Assembly (NCBI RefSeq): GCF_000196555.1 | Contig: NC_015067.1 | Coordinates: forward strand, 1,530,001-1,562,000 | From: Bifidobacterium longum subsp. longum JCM 1217 | Lineage (GTDB): Bacteria; Actinomycetota; Actinomycetes; Actinomycetales; Bifidobacteriaceae | Direction: 5' to 3' | DNA: 32,000 nucleotides | Part shown: piece after piece, positions 13,679 to 22,226 of the stretch | How positions within the stretch are numbered: position 1 is the first letter of the stretch | Layout: the number at the start of each line of letters is the position of its first letter | Translations under genes and position numbers: made by a program | Notes under the pieces: generated by a model | Database searches by the model: none | Told to the model about the DNA's origin: nothing | Seen by the model: the letters and a program-made list of their open reading frames with translations, nothing else

Positions 13679-16600
13679 TCAGGCGGCAGGCAAGCAGCTG
13701 GGGCCAAACAGAATCTTGATCTCAGCAAACAACGAAGTATCTCGCTTGACGCGGAAACGATCGCCAAACGTGAGCACCTGAGCGTTACCCTTCTCATCCA
13801 GCACCGCAAGATGTACTTCGCAGTAACCAGGATGATTAGCGAGCACCTGACCGAGTTGCATCATGCGTTGGCGCTCCAACGCCACCGGCGGCAGCGTGAT
13901 GACCAACGGACGTTCATCCTCGGCTTCCAAGGTCGGAATCTGCATTTCCGTGGCTCTCAGAGAAACGGTTTCGTCGCGCAACTCCACTTGGCCACGAATC
14001 TGTACGATGGCGTCCACGGCAAGTTCGGCGGCGGCCGCTTCATAGACCTTGCCGAAGAACATGCATTGGATGGAGCTTTCCATGTCTTCGATGGTCACGA
14101 TGGCCCAGGGGTTGCCCTTCTTGGATACGCGCCGGTCCACATTGGTGACCAAACCAGCCAACGTGACCTGCTGTCCTTCACCCATCGTTTTGGCTCGATC
14201 AACCAGATGCGCGATGGACATTTCACGCAAGGACGCGAGAATCGACTGCATACCGGAGAGCGGATGGTCAGACACATACAGGCCCAACATTTCGCGTTCG
14301 AAGTTAAGTTTGGTCTTCTTGTCCCATTCCTCAAGATCGGGTACGGTCACGGAAGCGTCGCCCATGGCCTCCGCTCCCCCATCCTCGGCATCGGAGAACA
14401 AATCGAACTGGCCCTCCGCCTGTTTGCGCTTCAGACTCACCACCGAATCGATGGCGGCCTCGTGCACGGTGAGCAGCGCGCGACGGTTCGGGTCAATCGA
14501 GTCGAAGGCACCGGCCTTGATCAACGATTCGACCAATCGCCGGTTCAGCGCGGTCAGGGGCACGCGGCGGATGAAGTCCATGAAGTTCACGAACTTGCCG
14601 CGCGGGCCTTCGCGTTCGGCGATGATATCGGCCACGGCCTTGTCACCCACGTTACGGATGGCACCAAGACCGAATCGGACGACGTCGCCGACTGCCGAGT
14701 ACTCGTACACCGATTCGTTGACGTCCGGCGAGAGCACCTGGATGCCCATGCGGCGGGCCTCGCCCAAGTACAGTGCGGTCTTGTCTTTGTTGGTGGCGGC
14801 ACCTTGCAACAGGGCGGCCATGAACTCGACCGGGTAGTGCGTCTTCAGATATGCGGTCCAGTAGGAGATCAGACCGTATGCGGCGGAGTGCGCTTTGTTG
14901 AAAGCGTAGCCGGAGAACGGCACCAGAATATCCCACACGGCCTGGGATGCCTCTTCGGAATATCCGTGCTCCTTCATACCGGCGAAGAACGGCACCTTCT
15001 CCTTGGCCAGCACTTCGGGCTTCTTCTTACCCATGGCTCGACGCAGCACGTCTGCCTTGCCCAGTGAATAACCGGCGAGGATTCGGGCGGCGGACTGCAC
15101 CTGCTCCTGGTAGATGATCAGACCATAGGTCTCGTCAAGCACCTGCTTCAGAGGCTCCTCAAGCTCAGGGTGAATTGGCGTGATCTTCTGCAGGCCGTTT
15201 TTGCGCTTGGCATAGTTGGTGTGCGAATCCATACTCATCGGGCCCGGTCGGTACAGGGCGATAAGTGCGGAAATATCGTTGAAGTTATCGGGCTTCAGGG
15301 TTTTCAGCAGTGAACGCATGCCGTCGGAATCGAGCTGGAACACGCCGAGCGTGTCTCCTCGGGACATGAGTTTGTAGGTTTCGGCGTCATCGAGCGGAAT
15401 CTTGGTGTAGTCGATGGCGGGTTTGCCGTTGGCCTCGATGTTCTTCAGGGTGTCGTGGATGATCGTCAAGTTGGACAGGCCAAGGAAGTCCATCTTGACC
15501 AGCCCCAACGTTTCGCACGTGTGGTATTCGAAGGTGGTGGTGATGGTGCCATCGGTGCGTTCCAGCAACGGCGAGGTGTCGGTGATGGGTGCGCTACCCA
15601 TGATGGTGGCGCAGGCATGTACACCGGTCTGTCGGATCAGGCCTTCGATACCCTTGGCTTCCTCGGTGATGCGCTTGGTGTCCGGGTCGGAATCGTAGAG
15701 TTCTCGGAATTCCCTGGCCTCGGCATAACGTTTGGCGGCAGGGTCGAAGATGTCATGCAGGCTGATGTCTTTGCCGCCGGTGGCCGCCGGAGGCAGCGCC
15801 TTGGTGATTTTTTCACCGACTGAGAATTCATAACCCATGATGCGGGCGGAGTCTTTCAGGGCCTGCTTGGTTTTGATGGTGCCATAGATCACGCACTGGG
15901 CGACCTTATCGGTGCCGTATTTTTCGCCGCAGTATTCGATGACTCGCGCACGACCTTCAGGGTCGAAGTCGACATCGATATCAGGAAGGCTCACTCGCTC
16001 AGGGTTCAGGAACCTCTCGAAAATCAGGCCATGCTTGAGCGGATCGAGCTCGGTAATGCCCATGGAATAGGCGACCATGGCGCCTGCGGCCGAACCACGG
16101 CCCGGCCCCACCATAATGCCGTGGTCCTTGGCCCACTGAATGTAGTCGGCGACCACGAGGAAGTATCCGCAGAACTGCATCTGGCAGATCACACCACATT
16201 CGTAGTCGGCCTGCTTCAATACGTCGAGCGGCGGGTTGCCGTCGTAACGCTTCTCCAGACCTTCCTCGACTTTTTTGAGGAACAGGGAGGTCTCATCCCA
16301 GCCTTCGGGGCAAGGGAATTTCGGCATGAACGCGCCGTCTTCGTGGTCGTCGAACATCACGTTGCAGCGTTCGGCGATAACGAGCGTATTGTCGCAGGCG
16401 TCCGGGTGGTCCTTGAACAGTTCGCGCATCTCTTCGGCGGTTTTGATGTAGTAGCCGGTGCCGTCGAACTTGAATCGGTCCGGATCGTCAAGACGGGAAC
16501 CGGAGTTGATGCAGAGCATGGCGTCCTGCGCCTGTGCATCTTCGGCGTGTACGTAGTGGGAATCGTTGGTGGCCAGCAGTGGTGCGTTGAGTTTCTTGGC

Positions 16601-17248
16601 GATGGTCAGCAGGTCACCGGTCACCTGAGTTTCGATGGGCAGACCGTGATCCATGAGTTCGATGAAGAAGTTGTCTTTGCCGAAGATGTCCTGGAATTCG
16701 CCGGCGGCGCGCAGGGCCTCCTCGAATTGACCGAGGCGCAGACGAGTCTGGATGATGCCCGAAGGGCATCCGGAGGAGGCGATCACACCTTTGGAATAGG
16801 TGGCGAGCACCTCCTTATCCATACGCGGGTAGCGCATGACGCGACCTTCGAGGTTGGCCACGGACGAGGCTTTGATGAGGTTGACCAGGCCTTCGTCGTT
16901 TTCGGCCCACATGGTCAAGTGGGTGATAAGACCACCACCGGAGACGTCGTCGCGGCGCTGGGCTTCGGTGCCCCAGTGCACACGGGACTTGTCTTGACGC
17001 GCGGTTTCCGGGGTCACGTAAGCTTCGATGCCGATGATGGGCTTGACGCCATTGGCCACGCAGTTGGTGTACATCTCGTAGGCGCCATGCATGTTGCCAT
17101 GGTCGGTGATACCGACCGCAGGCATGCCAAGTTCGGCCGCACGCTTGGCCAAATCAGGAATCTTCGACGCACCATCGAGCAGCGAATAGTGCGTATGGTT
17201 ATGCAGTTGCACAAAGTTGTTCCCGTAATCAGCCATGCGCTCCACCAT
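13679..17248 (-). CDS. dnaE: DNA polymerase III alpha subunit
   Basis: The 1189-aa product has the N-terminal PHP domain FVQLHNHTHYSLLDGA, the polymerase core and a C-terminal OB-fold region. The second ATG at 17236 (MADYGNNF...) has a GGTGGAG SD and may be the true start. Confidence 0.97.
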   Translation of the reverse strand: MVERMADYGNNFVQLHNHTHYSLLDGASKIPDLAKRAAELGMPAVGITDHGNMHGAYEMYTNCVANGVKPIIGIEAYVTPETARQDKSRVHWGTEAQRRDDVSGGGLITHLTMWAENDEGLVNLIKASSVANLEGRVMRYPRMDKEVLATYSKGVIASSGCPSGIIQTRLRLGQFEEALRAAGEFQDIFGKDNFFIELMDHGLPIETQVTGDLLTIAKKLNAPLLATNDSHYVHAEDAQAQDAMLCINSGSRLDDPDRFKFDGTGYYIKTAEEMRELFKDHPDACDNTLVIAERCNVMFDDHEDGAFMPKFPCPEGWDETSLFLKKVEEGLEKRYDGNPPLDVLKQADYECGVICQMQFCGYFLVVADYIQWAKDHGIMVGPGRGSAAGAMVAYSMGITELDPLKHGLIFERFLNPERVSLPDIDVDFDPEGRARVIEYCGEKYGTDKVAQCVIYGTIKTKQALKDSARIMGYEFSVGEKITKALPPAATGGKDISLHDIFDPAAKRYAEAREFRELYDSDPDTKRITEEAKGIEGLIRQTGVHACATIMGSAPITDTSPLLERTDGTITTTFEYHTCETLGLVKMDFLGLSNLTIIHDTLKNIEANGKPAIDYTKIPLDDAETYKLMSRGDTLGVFQLDSDGMRSLLKTLKPDNFNDISALIALYRPGPMSMDSHTNYAKRKNGLQKITPIHPELEEPLKQVLDETYGLIIYQEQVQSAARILAGYSLGKADVLRRAMGKKKPEVLAKEKVPFFAGMKEHGYSEEASQAVWDILVPFSGYAFNKAHSAAYGLISYWTAYLKTHYPVEFMAALLQGAATNKDKTALYLGEARRMGIQVLSPDVNESVYEYSAVGDVVRFGLGAIRNVGDKAVADIIAEREGPRGKFVNFMDFIRRVPLTALNRRLVESLIKAGAFDSIDPNRRALLTVHEAAIDSVVSLKRKQAEGQFDLFSDAEDGGAEAMGDASVTVPDLEEWDKKTKLNFEREMLGLYVSDHPLSGMQSILASLREMSIAHLVDRAKTMGEGQQVTLAGLVTNVDRRVSKKGNPWAIVTIEDMESSIQCMFFGKVYEAAAAELAVDAIVQIRGQVELRDETVSLRATEMQIPTLEAEDERPLVITLPPVALERQRMMQLGQVLANHPGYCEVHLAVLDEKGNAQVLTFGDRFRVKRDTSLFAEIKILFGPSCLPAA

Positions 17249-17292
17249 ACCGTGTGGTCTGGGCGGGAAATATTTATCGATACGTACTATAA

Positions 17293-18064
17293 GGCGCTAT
17301 TGCTGTTTTTGTGGGTGGTGGTTCGTCGTTGAGCCGTTGAGGGAGTAAGTGGAGAGCGCTTTCCGGGTAGGATGTTTTCGACCAAGATAAACAAACAACC
17401 GCAAAGCGCCTGATGAACAGCATATTCAACCAGCTCCTCAACGTCAAAGGCGTGGTGGTCGAGACCGTGCGGATCGTCGATTCGCCCCTGCGCCCCGAGC
17501 CCGTGCTCGAGGTTCGTGTGCGCCCGCGCAGGGGCATGCTCCGATGCTCACCGCTGTGGCAGACGTCGTCATGGTTACGACCAAGGTGGCGGCGTGCGTC
17601 GTTGGCGTCATCGGGATTTCGGCTGCTGGCGGGTCGAACTGGTCGCCATGATGCCGCGCGTGGACTGTCCCGGGTGCGGGGTCGTGGTCGCGTCCGTGCC
17701 GTGGGCGGAACCGGGCAGCCGGTTCACGCGCGACTTCGAGTCCGAGTGCGCGTGGCTGATGAGCGACCAAGCCAAGACGGAATTGAACCATTGGGTGTTC
17801 TGGGCGTCCCACAACCGTATCCCCGAGATAGTCGAACTCGCGAGGAGGATCAGGAGACGGCGCCCGGACATCCTCAGGACCATCCAACTCGGCTACTCCA
17901 ACGCCAGGCTCGAGGCGTCCGACAACCGCATCAAGGTCACCATCCGCATGGCCTACGGCTTCCACCACGTCACCAACCTCATAGCACTCGTCATGCTCCG
18001 TTGCGGCGGACTCGACGTCCGACTCCCACAACCCGCAATCTAACCCACGAAAACAGCAGAAGCC
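17293..18064 (+). mobile_element. internally deleted ISL3-family insertion sequence relic (772 bp) retaining both terminal inverted repeats
   Basis: The left end is GGCGCTATTGCTGTTTTTGTGGGT (17293-17316). The reverse complement of the right end (18043-18064) is GGCTTCTGCTGTTTTCGTGGGT. The core 15-mer matches at 14/15 and both ends start with GGC. The ends enclose the transposase remnant. The flanking 8-mers differ (TACTATAA vs TCAAAAGT), so there is no target duplication. Confidence 0.7.
17413..18043 (+). pseudogene. ISL3-family transposase pseudogene (frameshift plus in-frame loss of the DDE core)
   Basis: Frame 1 gives MNSIFNQLLNVKGVVVETV...VRVRPRRG.LRC. Reading then continues in frame 2 (shift near 17550) with HRCGRRRHGYDQGGGVRRWRH.DFG...RVDCPGCGVVVASVPWAEPGSRFTRDFE..AWL. 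It then jumps near 17785-17795 straight to the ISL3 C-terminus WA..NRIPEIVELARRIRR...G.SNARLEASDNRIKVTIRMAYGFHHVTNLIALVML.CGG. The total is about 210 aa, against about 430 aa for intact ISL3 transposases. Confidence 0.75.
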
Positions 18065-18073
18065 TCAAAAGTA

Positions 18074-18508
18074 ATGAGTAAATATGATAGTCTGGTCAAG
18101 TATATATGTATCCTTGACGGAGATAGTTTTGGCTCTTGGGTTATTGACCGTGAAAACGATGGAACGCTCGAACATCCAATTCAGATGCCATATGTAAGCT
18201 ACTCTGATATGGTGCATCATTTTATCGATGATATATATGATTTTATCGACCATAACAAGGACATGGAGCTGAACCGTTACGGTGACATTCTGAATCAGAA
18301 TGGCCTTAAATGGGGAAGCAAGTCTATGAGCACCGCAGATGTATCGAATCTGGATGCACAGTGCATCATGGCATTGATCACCGGAGCTGTCCGGGCAGAA
18401 CGATTCTGTGATGGTGCTTTGCTTGGATTTTTCAAAGATGGCAGTATCCGGAAATGGCTGGAGCGACTGAAAGAACTTGATAATGGCAGCGGAACCGAGG
18501 TGAGATAA
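18074..18508 (+). CDS. hypothetical 144-aa protein, first gene of the DUF262 cassette (family not recognised with certainty)
   Basis: This is an ATG ORF in approximately 40% GC DNA, and its stop is 4 nt before the next start. The acidic N-half and the C-terminal AVRAERFCDGALLGFFKDGSIRKWLERLKEL give no confident family assignment. The start codon is only 10 nt from the IS relic end and has no obvious SD. Confidence 0.55.
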   Translation: MSKYDSLVKYICILDGDSFGSWVIDRENDGTLEHPIQMPYVSYSDMVHHFIDDIYDFIDHNKDMELNRYGDILNQNGLKWGSKSMSTADVSNLDAQCIMALITGAVRAERFCDGALLGFFKDGSIRKWLERLKELDNGSGTEVR

Positions 18509-18512
18509 AGGC

Positions 18513-19823
18513 ATGGCTGAAATTAAGAGCGTAAATGAACTGTTGAGCATGAATCTGAATATTCCGGACTATCAAAGGCCGTACAAGTGGGATATTCAAA
18601 ACATCGACGATTTATTCCTAGACATCACCAATGCAATTAGTGATGCGGACAGATACAGAACTGAGTTCAAATACCGTATCGGAACGATCATCCTGCACAG
18701 AACAAAGAATGACACCTACGATGTGGTGGATGGGCAGCAGAGAATCATTTCTCTGGTGCTTCTAAAGCAATGCCTTGAACCGGGATTTGAGTGTTCGATT
18801 CTCCAGATAGATTTCACCAACAAGGTGAGCCAGTTCAACATTCACAGGAACTATGCGTTTATCAGAGAGTGGTTCTCCCTAAAGAGCGAAGATGTAAAAC
18901 GGGACTTTATCCATGCCTTTGAGCATATTTTAGAGGTCGTCGTTGTTTGCGTAGACAAAGTAACCGAAGCGTTCCAGCTTTTCGATTCACAAAATACAAG
19001 AGGTAAGGCATTAGACCCGCATGACCTTCTGAAAGCGTACCACCTCCGTGAAATGAAAAAGTATCCCTATGAAATGGAACACGCTGTTACAAAATGGGAA
19101 GCAAAGGATACTGAGAAGATCAAAGAGCTGTTTGATCTATATTTGTTTCCAATCTTGAATTGGAGCCGAGGCATTAAAAGCAAACCGTTCATAGCCAAGG
19201 AAATCGACACCTATAAAGGTATCGCAGAAAGCTCAACCTATTCTTACGCACGACGGGCAAGCCGAGCTATGCCGTATTTCCAGATTACCGAGCCATTTAT
19301 TTCCGGCAACGACTTCTTTGAAATGGTCGAGCATTATATGTATCTGCTCCAGGATATTAAGTCGGAGATCTGCAACAATCCCCGTTTCAAGGAGATTAAG
19401 CTGGTTATCTGCGGCGGCAAGGATGTAGAAACACCGGAAGAAATGGACAAAGTAAAGTTCGGCTCTGCCGGTTTCGGATACACGAAGAATCTGTTTTATT
19501 GTGCGCTGCTTTGCTATTACGACAAGTTCCATAACTTCGATGAAATGGCAGTCAAGAAGCTATTTTCCTGGGCGTTTATGCTCCGTGTAGATATGAAGAC
19601 CCTGGGGTTTGACAGCGTAAACAAGTACGCTATCGGTGACGAAAATTCCAGATATACAAACACAATCGGTATTTTCTCCAAGATCAGCTTTGCCCGGATG
19701 CACCACGAAATATCCGGATTGCAGATAAAGGTACGGAGAGGACCGGACAGCCCATCCAATAGATGGATAGACTTGTTGTATGACACGATCAAAGAAATCA
19801 ATGGATATGGAGGTGCGGAATGA
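18513..19823 (+). CDS. DUF262 (ParB/GmrS-like NTPase) domain protein without a nuclease domain
   Basis: The N-terminal IPDYQRPYKW, the VVDGQQRIISL box and FQLFDSQNTRGKALDPHDLLK are the DUF262 signature. No His-Me/HNH-type motif appears in the C-terminal half. The stop overlaps the next start as ATGA (19820-19823). Confidence 0.85.
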   Translation: MAEIKSVNELLSMNLNIPDYQRPYKWDIQNIDDLFLDITNAISDADRYRTEFKYRIGTIILHRTKNDTYDVVDGQQRIISLVLLKQCLEPGFECSILQIDFTNKVSQFNIHRNYAFIREWFSLKSEDVKRDFIHAFEHILEVVVVCVDKVTEAFQLFDSQNTRGKALDPHDLLKAYHLREMKKYPYEMEHAVTKWEAKDTEKIKELFDLYLFPILNWSRGIKSKPFIAKEIDTYKGIAESSTYSYARRASRAMPYFQITEPFISGNDFFEMVEHYMYLLQDIKSEICNNPRFKEIKLVICGGKDVETPEEMDKVKFGSAGFGYTKNLFYCALLCYYDKFHNFDEMAVKKLFSWAFMLRVDMKTLGFDSVNKYAIGDENSRYTNTIGIFSKISFARMHHEISGLQIKVRRGPDSPSNRWIDLLYDTIKEINGYGGAE

Positions 19824-21763
19824 GCAAATTAGTAACTGAACTTCATATTATTGGTGAAAACGGCAATATGTTCGACACAGATATGGAGTACATAATCCCT
19901 CTATACCAGAGAGCCTATGCGTGGGAGGACAAGCAACTCACCCAGCTGATTGAGGATATTAACGATGTTGCGGAGGACTCCAATTACTACATTGGCTCCT
20001 TGATCGTTTCCAAGCAGTTCGGACGATATGAAGTAGTGGATGGCCAGCAGCGGCTTACCTCGCTGTATTTGCTGCTGAACTGCCTTGGAATCAAAACAAA
20101 GCCCACACTCACATTTGCGTGTAGAGAAAAATCGAACTATACCCTAAGAAACATTGAAGAACTACTGCTCGAAAACCGCAGCAAGATCGATATGGATCGG
20201 ATTGAACCGGGAATCCAAAGGGGCATCAGGATACTATCTCACGAATTGACAAAGGATCATTTCGACAGGGAAAGCTTTATGGAAAAGCTGGCTAAAATTA
20301 TCGTCTATCGGATTGAGGTTCCGGAGAATACCGATCTGAACCGCTATTATGAGATAATGAACACCAGAGGTGAGCAATTAGAGCAACACGACATTCTAAA
20401 GGCCACGCTTATGAGCTATTTGAGTGATGATTCTGAGAAGGGCTTGTTTGCGAAGATATGGGATGCTTGTAGCGATATGACCGGCTATGTGCAGATGCAC
20501 TTCATCAGCAAGAACAATGCGGTAAGAGAGGCTATTTTCGGCTCCGAATGGAACAGTATGCCGCCTAACAGCTGGCAGAAATACAAAAAGGCTATAAGTG
20601 GAACGACACAGGAAACCACCGGACATAAAATCTGTGACCTGATCGAAAAGAACTTCAAGGTTGAAGATGATGAAGGCTATGTGGATGGTGATGTGCGTGT
20701 TCGCTTTGAAAGTGTTATTGAGTTTCCATACTTCCTGCTGCATACGCTGAAGGTCTATGTGAGTCTTTACGGTGTCACCCATGAAATAGCAACTTCAAAA
20801 ATCGTGGATGAACTCTTGGATGATAAGAAGCTCCTTGATGCGTTCAACAGAGTTGTATCCTGCGGCATAACGGATACCGGCAGGATCGCAGACAGCAAAG
20901 AAGATTTTGCCAGAGGGTTTATTATTTGCCTGCTCAGAACCAGATACCTGTTCGATAAGTACATCATAAAGAGAGAGTACGCAAATGACAGCGCTGATGG
21001 CGAATGGAGCTTGAAGAGCCTGTATGTTTCCGGACAGCAATCGAAGAAGAAAGCATATTACGGGAACTCCGAGTTCACCCGTTCCGGCGAATGGACATGT
21101 ACAAATGATTGGCGAACCAAGACCAATATTATGATGCAGTCCGCCTTGCGTGTTTCCTACACTTCCCCAAAGGTAATGCACTGGATTACCAAACTCTTGA
21201 TATGGCTTTCGGAAGCTGATTGCAAGAATATCAAAAATGATGCCATTACAAAGTTTGATAAAGTTGCCGAAAACATCGCTATTGATGCAGTAAGGGAAAA
21301 CTTCTTTCAGGTTTGTTCGAACGGCGTGTATGCGATGGGTGTCAATACTCCGCATATTGTCTTTAACTACCTGGATTACTTGCTGTGGAATGACGACCGG
21401 AACGGAAAGAAGAAGAAATACAGCGACTTTGTTTTTGAATTTAGAAATTCCGTAGAGCATTGGTATCCGCAGAATCCATCTGAGGGAACATTCGAGCAAT
21501 GGAAGGATGGTGTTGACCAGTTTGGAAATCTCTGTATCATTCAGAGAAATGTGAACTCCAAATTTTCTAATATGTCTCCGGAAGCAAAGAAAAGTACATT
21601 TAAGGATATGATAGTCAAGGGGAGTATTAAACTTCGCATTATGAGTGAACTGACAGAAAAAAACGGCGACAAACCAGCCAGCCTTTACTGGAAGGAAAGG
21701 GCGTACAAGGCGCATGAAGAAGAAATGCTTGGCCATTTGAAAAAAGCTTGCAACATTGAGTAA
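19820..21763 (+). CDS. GmrSD-like fusion protein: DUF262 NTPase domain + DUF1524 His-Me finger nuclease (putative type IV, modification-dependent restriction enzyme)
   Basis: The N-terminus carries IIPLYQRAYAW, VVDGQQRLTSLYLLL and YYEIMNTRGEQLEQHDILK (DUF262). The C-terminus carries SVEHWYPQNP...FGNLCIIQRNVNSKFSNMSPEAKK (DUF1524 EH..PQ / GNL...N..N pattern). A GGAGGTG SD lies 5 nt upstream. Confidence 0.85.
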   Translation: MSKLVTELHIIGENGNMFDTDMEYIIPLYQRAYAWEDKQLTQLIEDINDVAEDSNYYIGSLIVSKQFGRYEVVDGQQRLTSLYLLLNCLGIKTKPTLTFACREKSNYTLRNIEELLLENRSKIDMDRIEPGIQRGIRILSHELTKDHFDRESFMEKLAKIIVYRIEVPENTDLNRYYEIMNTRGEQLEQHDILKATLMSYLSDDSEKGLFAKIWDACSDMTGYVQMHFISKNNAVREAIFGSEWNSMPPNSWQKYKKAISGTTQETTGHKICDLIEKNFKVEDDEGYVDGDVRVRFESVIEFPYFLLHTLKVYVSLYGVTHEIATSKIVDELLDDKKLLDAFNRVVSCGITDTGRIADSKEDFARGFIICLLRTRYLFDKYIIKREYANDSADGEWSLKSLYVSGQQSKKKAYYGNSEFTRSGEWTCTNDWRTKTNIMMQSALRVSYTSPKVMHWITKLLIWLSEADCKNIKNDAITKFDKVAENIAIDAVRENFFQVCSNGVYAMGVNTPHIVFNYLDYLLWNDDRNGKKKKYSDFVFEFRNSVEHWYPQNPSEGTFEQWKDGVDQFGNLCIIQRNVNSKFSNMSPEAKKSTFKDMIVKGSIKLRIMSELTEKNGDKPASLYWKERAYKAHEEEMLGHLKKACNIE

Positions 21764-21769
21764 GCAAAG

Positions 21770-21814
21770 AAGCCATAGCGACAACTCCAGGCGAGAGAGT
21801 GACAGCTATGGCTT
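21770..21814 (+). terminator. candidate terminator between convergent genes
   Basis: AAGCCATAGC (21770-21779) pairs with GCTATGGCTT (21805-21814) and TTCTTT follows. The 25-nt loop is long, which lowers confidence. Confidence 0.4.
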
Positions 21815-21818
21815 TTCT

Positions 21819-22157
21819 TTACACTTCAGCGTTGAAATGCCAAACCTTGGCGGGTATTTCTCTGTTGTTGCCGCTGATCTTAATGTGGTCGGTATAGATG
21901 TTCAATTTCCAATGGTTGTACTCATTGGCGTTGTATCTTTTACATTCCTGAGTTAGATATGATTTCAGAACCTCCCACTTTACCATGAGGATGTTCCTAC
22001 TCTTCAAGCGGAGCACAACAAGGGCTTTATCGGTTTCGCTCAGAACATGGGCTTGTTCTTCTGTAATATCAACCCAATAAAAACCTTGCGGATGCATCTT
22101 CGACTGAGGGGTGAAGAATGTGATGGTTTCGCCATTCTGTTTTCTCCCTCTAAACAA
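21819..22157 (-). CDS. hypothetical 112-aa ORF (TTG start; possibly a remnant)
   Basis: This is an open frame in approximately 40% GC DNA, convergent with the GmrSD-like gene. The track start is a TTG and the first ATG is at codon 21. I recognise no domain. It abuts the IS30 fragment junction. Confidence 0.35.
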   Translation of the reverse strand: MFRGRKQNGETITFFTPQSKMHPQGFYWVDITEEQAHVLSETDKALVVLRLKSRNILMVKWEVLKSYLTQECKRYNANEYNHWKLNIYTDHIKISGNNREIPAKVWHFNAEV

Positions 22158-22226
22158 GATTTTGAGGCTTCTGCTGTTTTCCTGAGTTCTAAATAGAAGC
22201 GCAACACCTAAACCTCAACTCCCTAT

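Noticed and set aside
13622-17332. Two long plus-strand ORFs (481 aa and 433 aa) plus several smaller ones
   Set aside because: They are antisense to dnaE. The products have Gly/Val/His/Asp-rich mirror-frame composition and no motifs.
17444-18031. 195-aa minus-strand ORF, and the 87-aa minus-strand ORF at 22215..22478
   Set aside because: They are antisense to the ISL3 and IS30 transposase remnants respectively. In both cases the transposase-like similarity is on the plus strand.
20795-21784. 329-aa minus-strand ORF inside the AT-rich GmrSD-like gene
   Set aside because: A long antisense frame is less expected at about 40% GC, so I looked twice. The product is hydrophobic and low-complexity (FFFMRLV, VAVFFCQF) with no start context. 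The sense strand carries clear DUF262 and DUF1524 motifs. I treat it as a codon-complement artefact.
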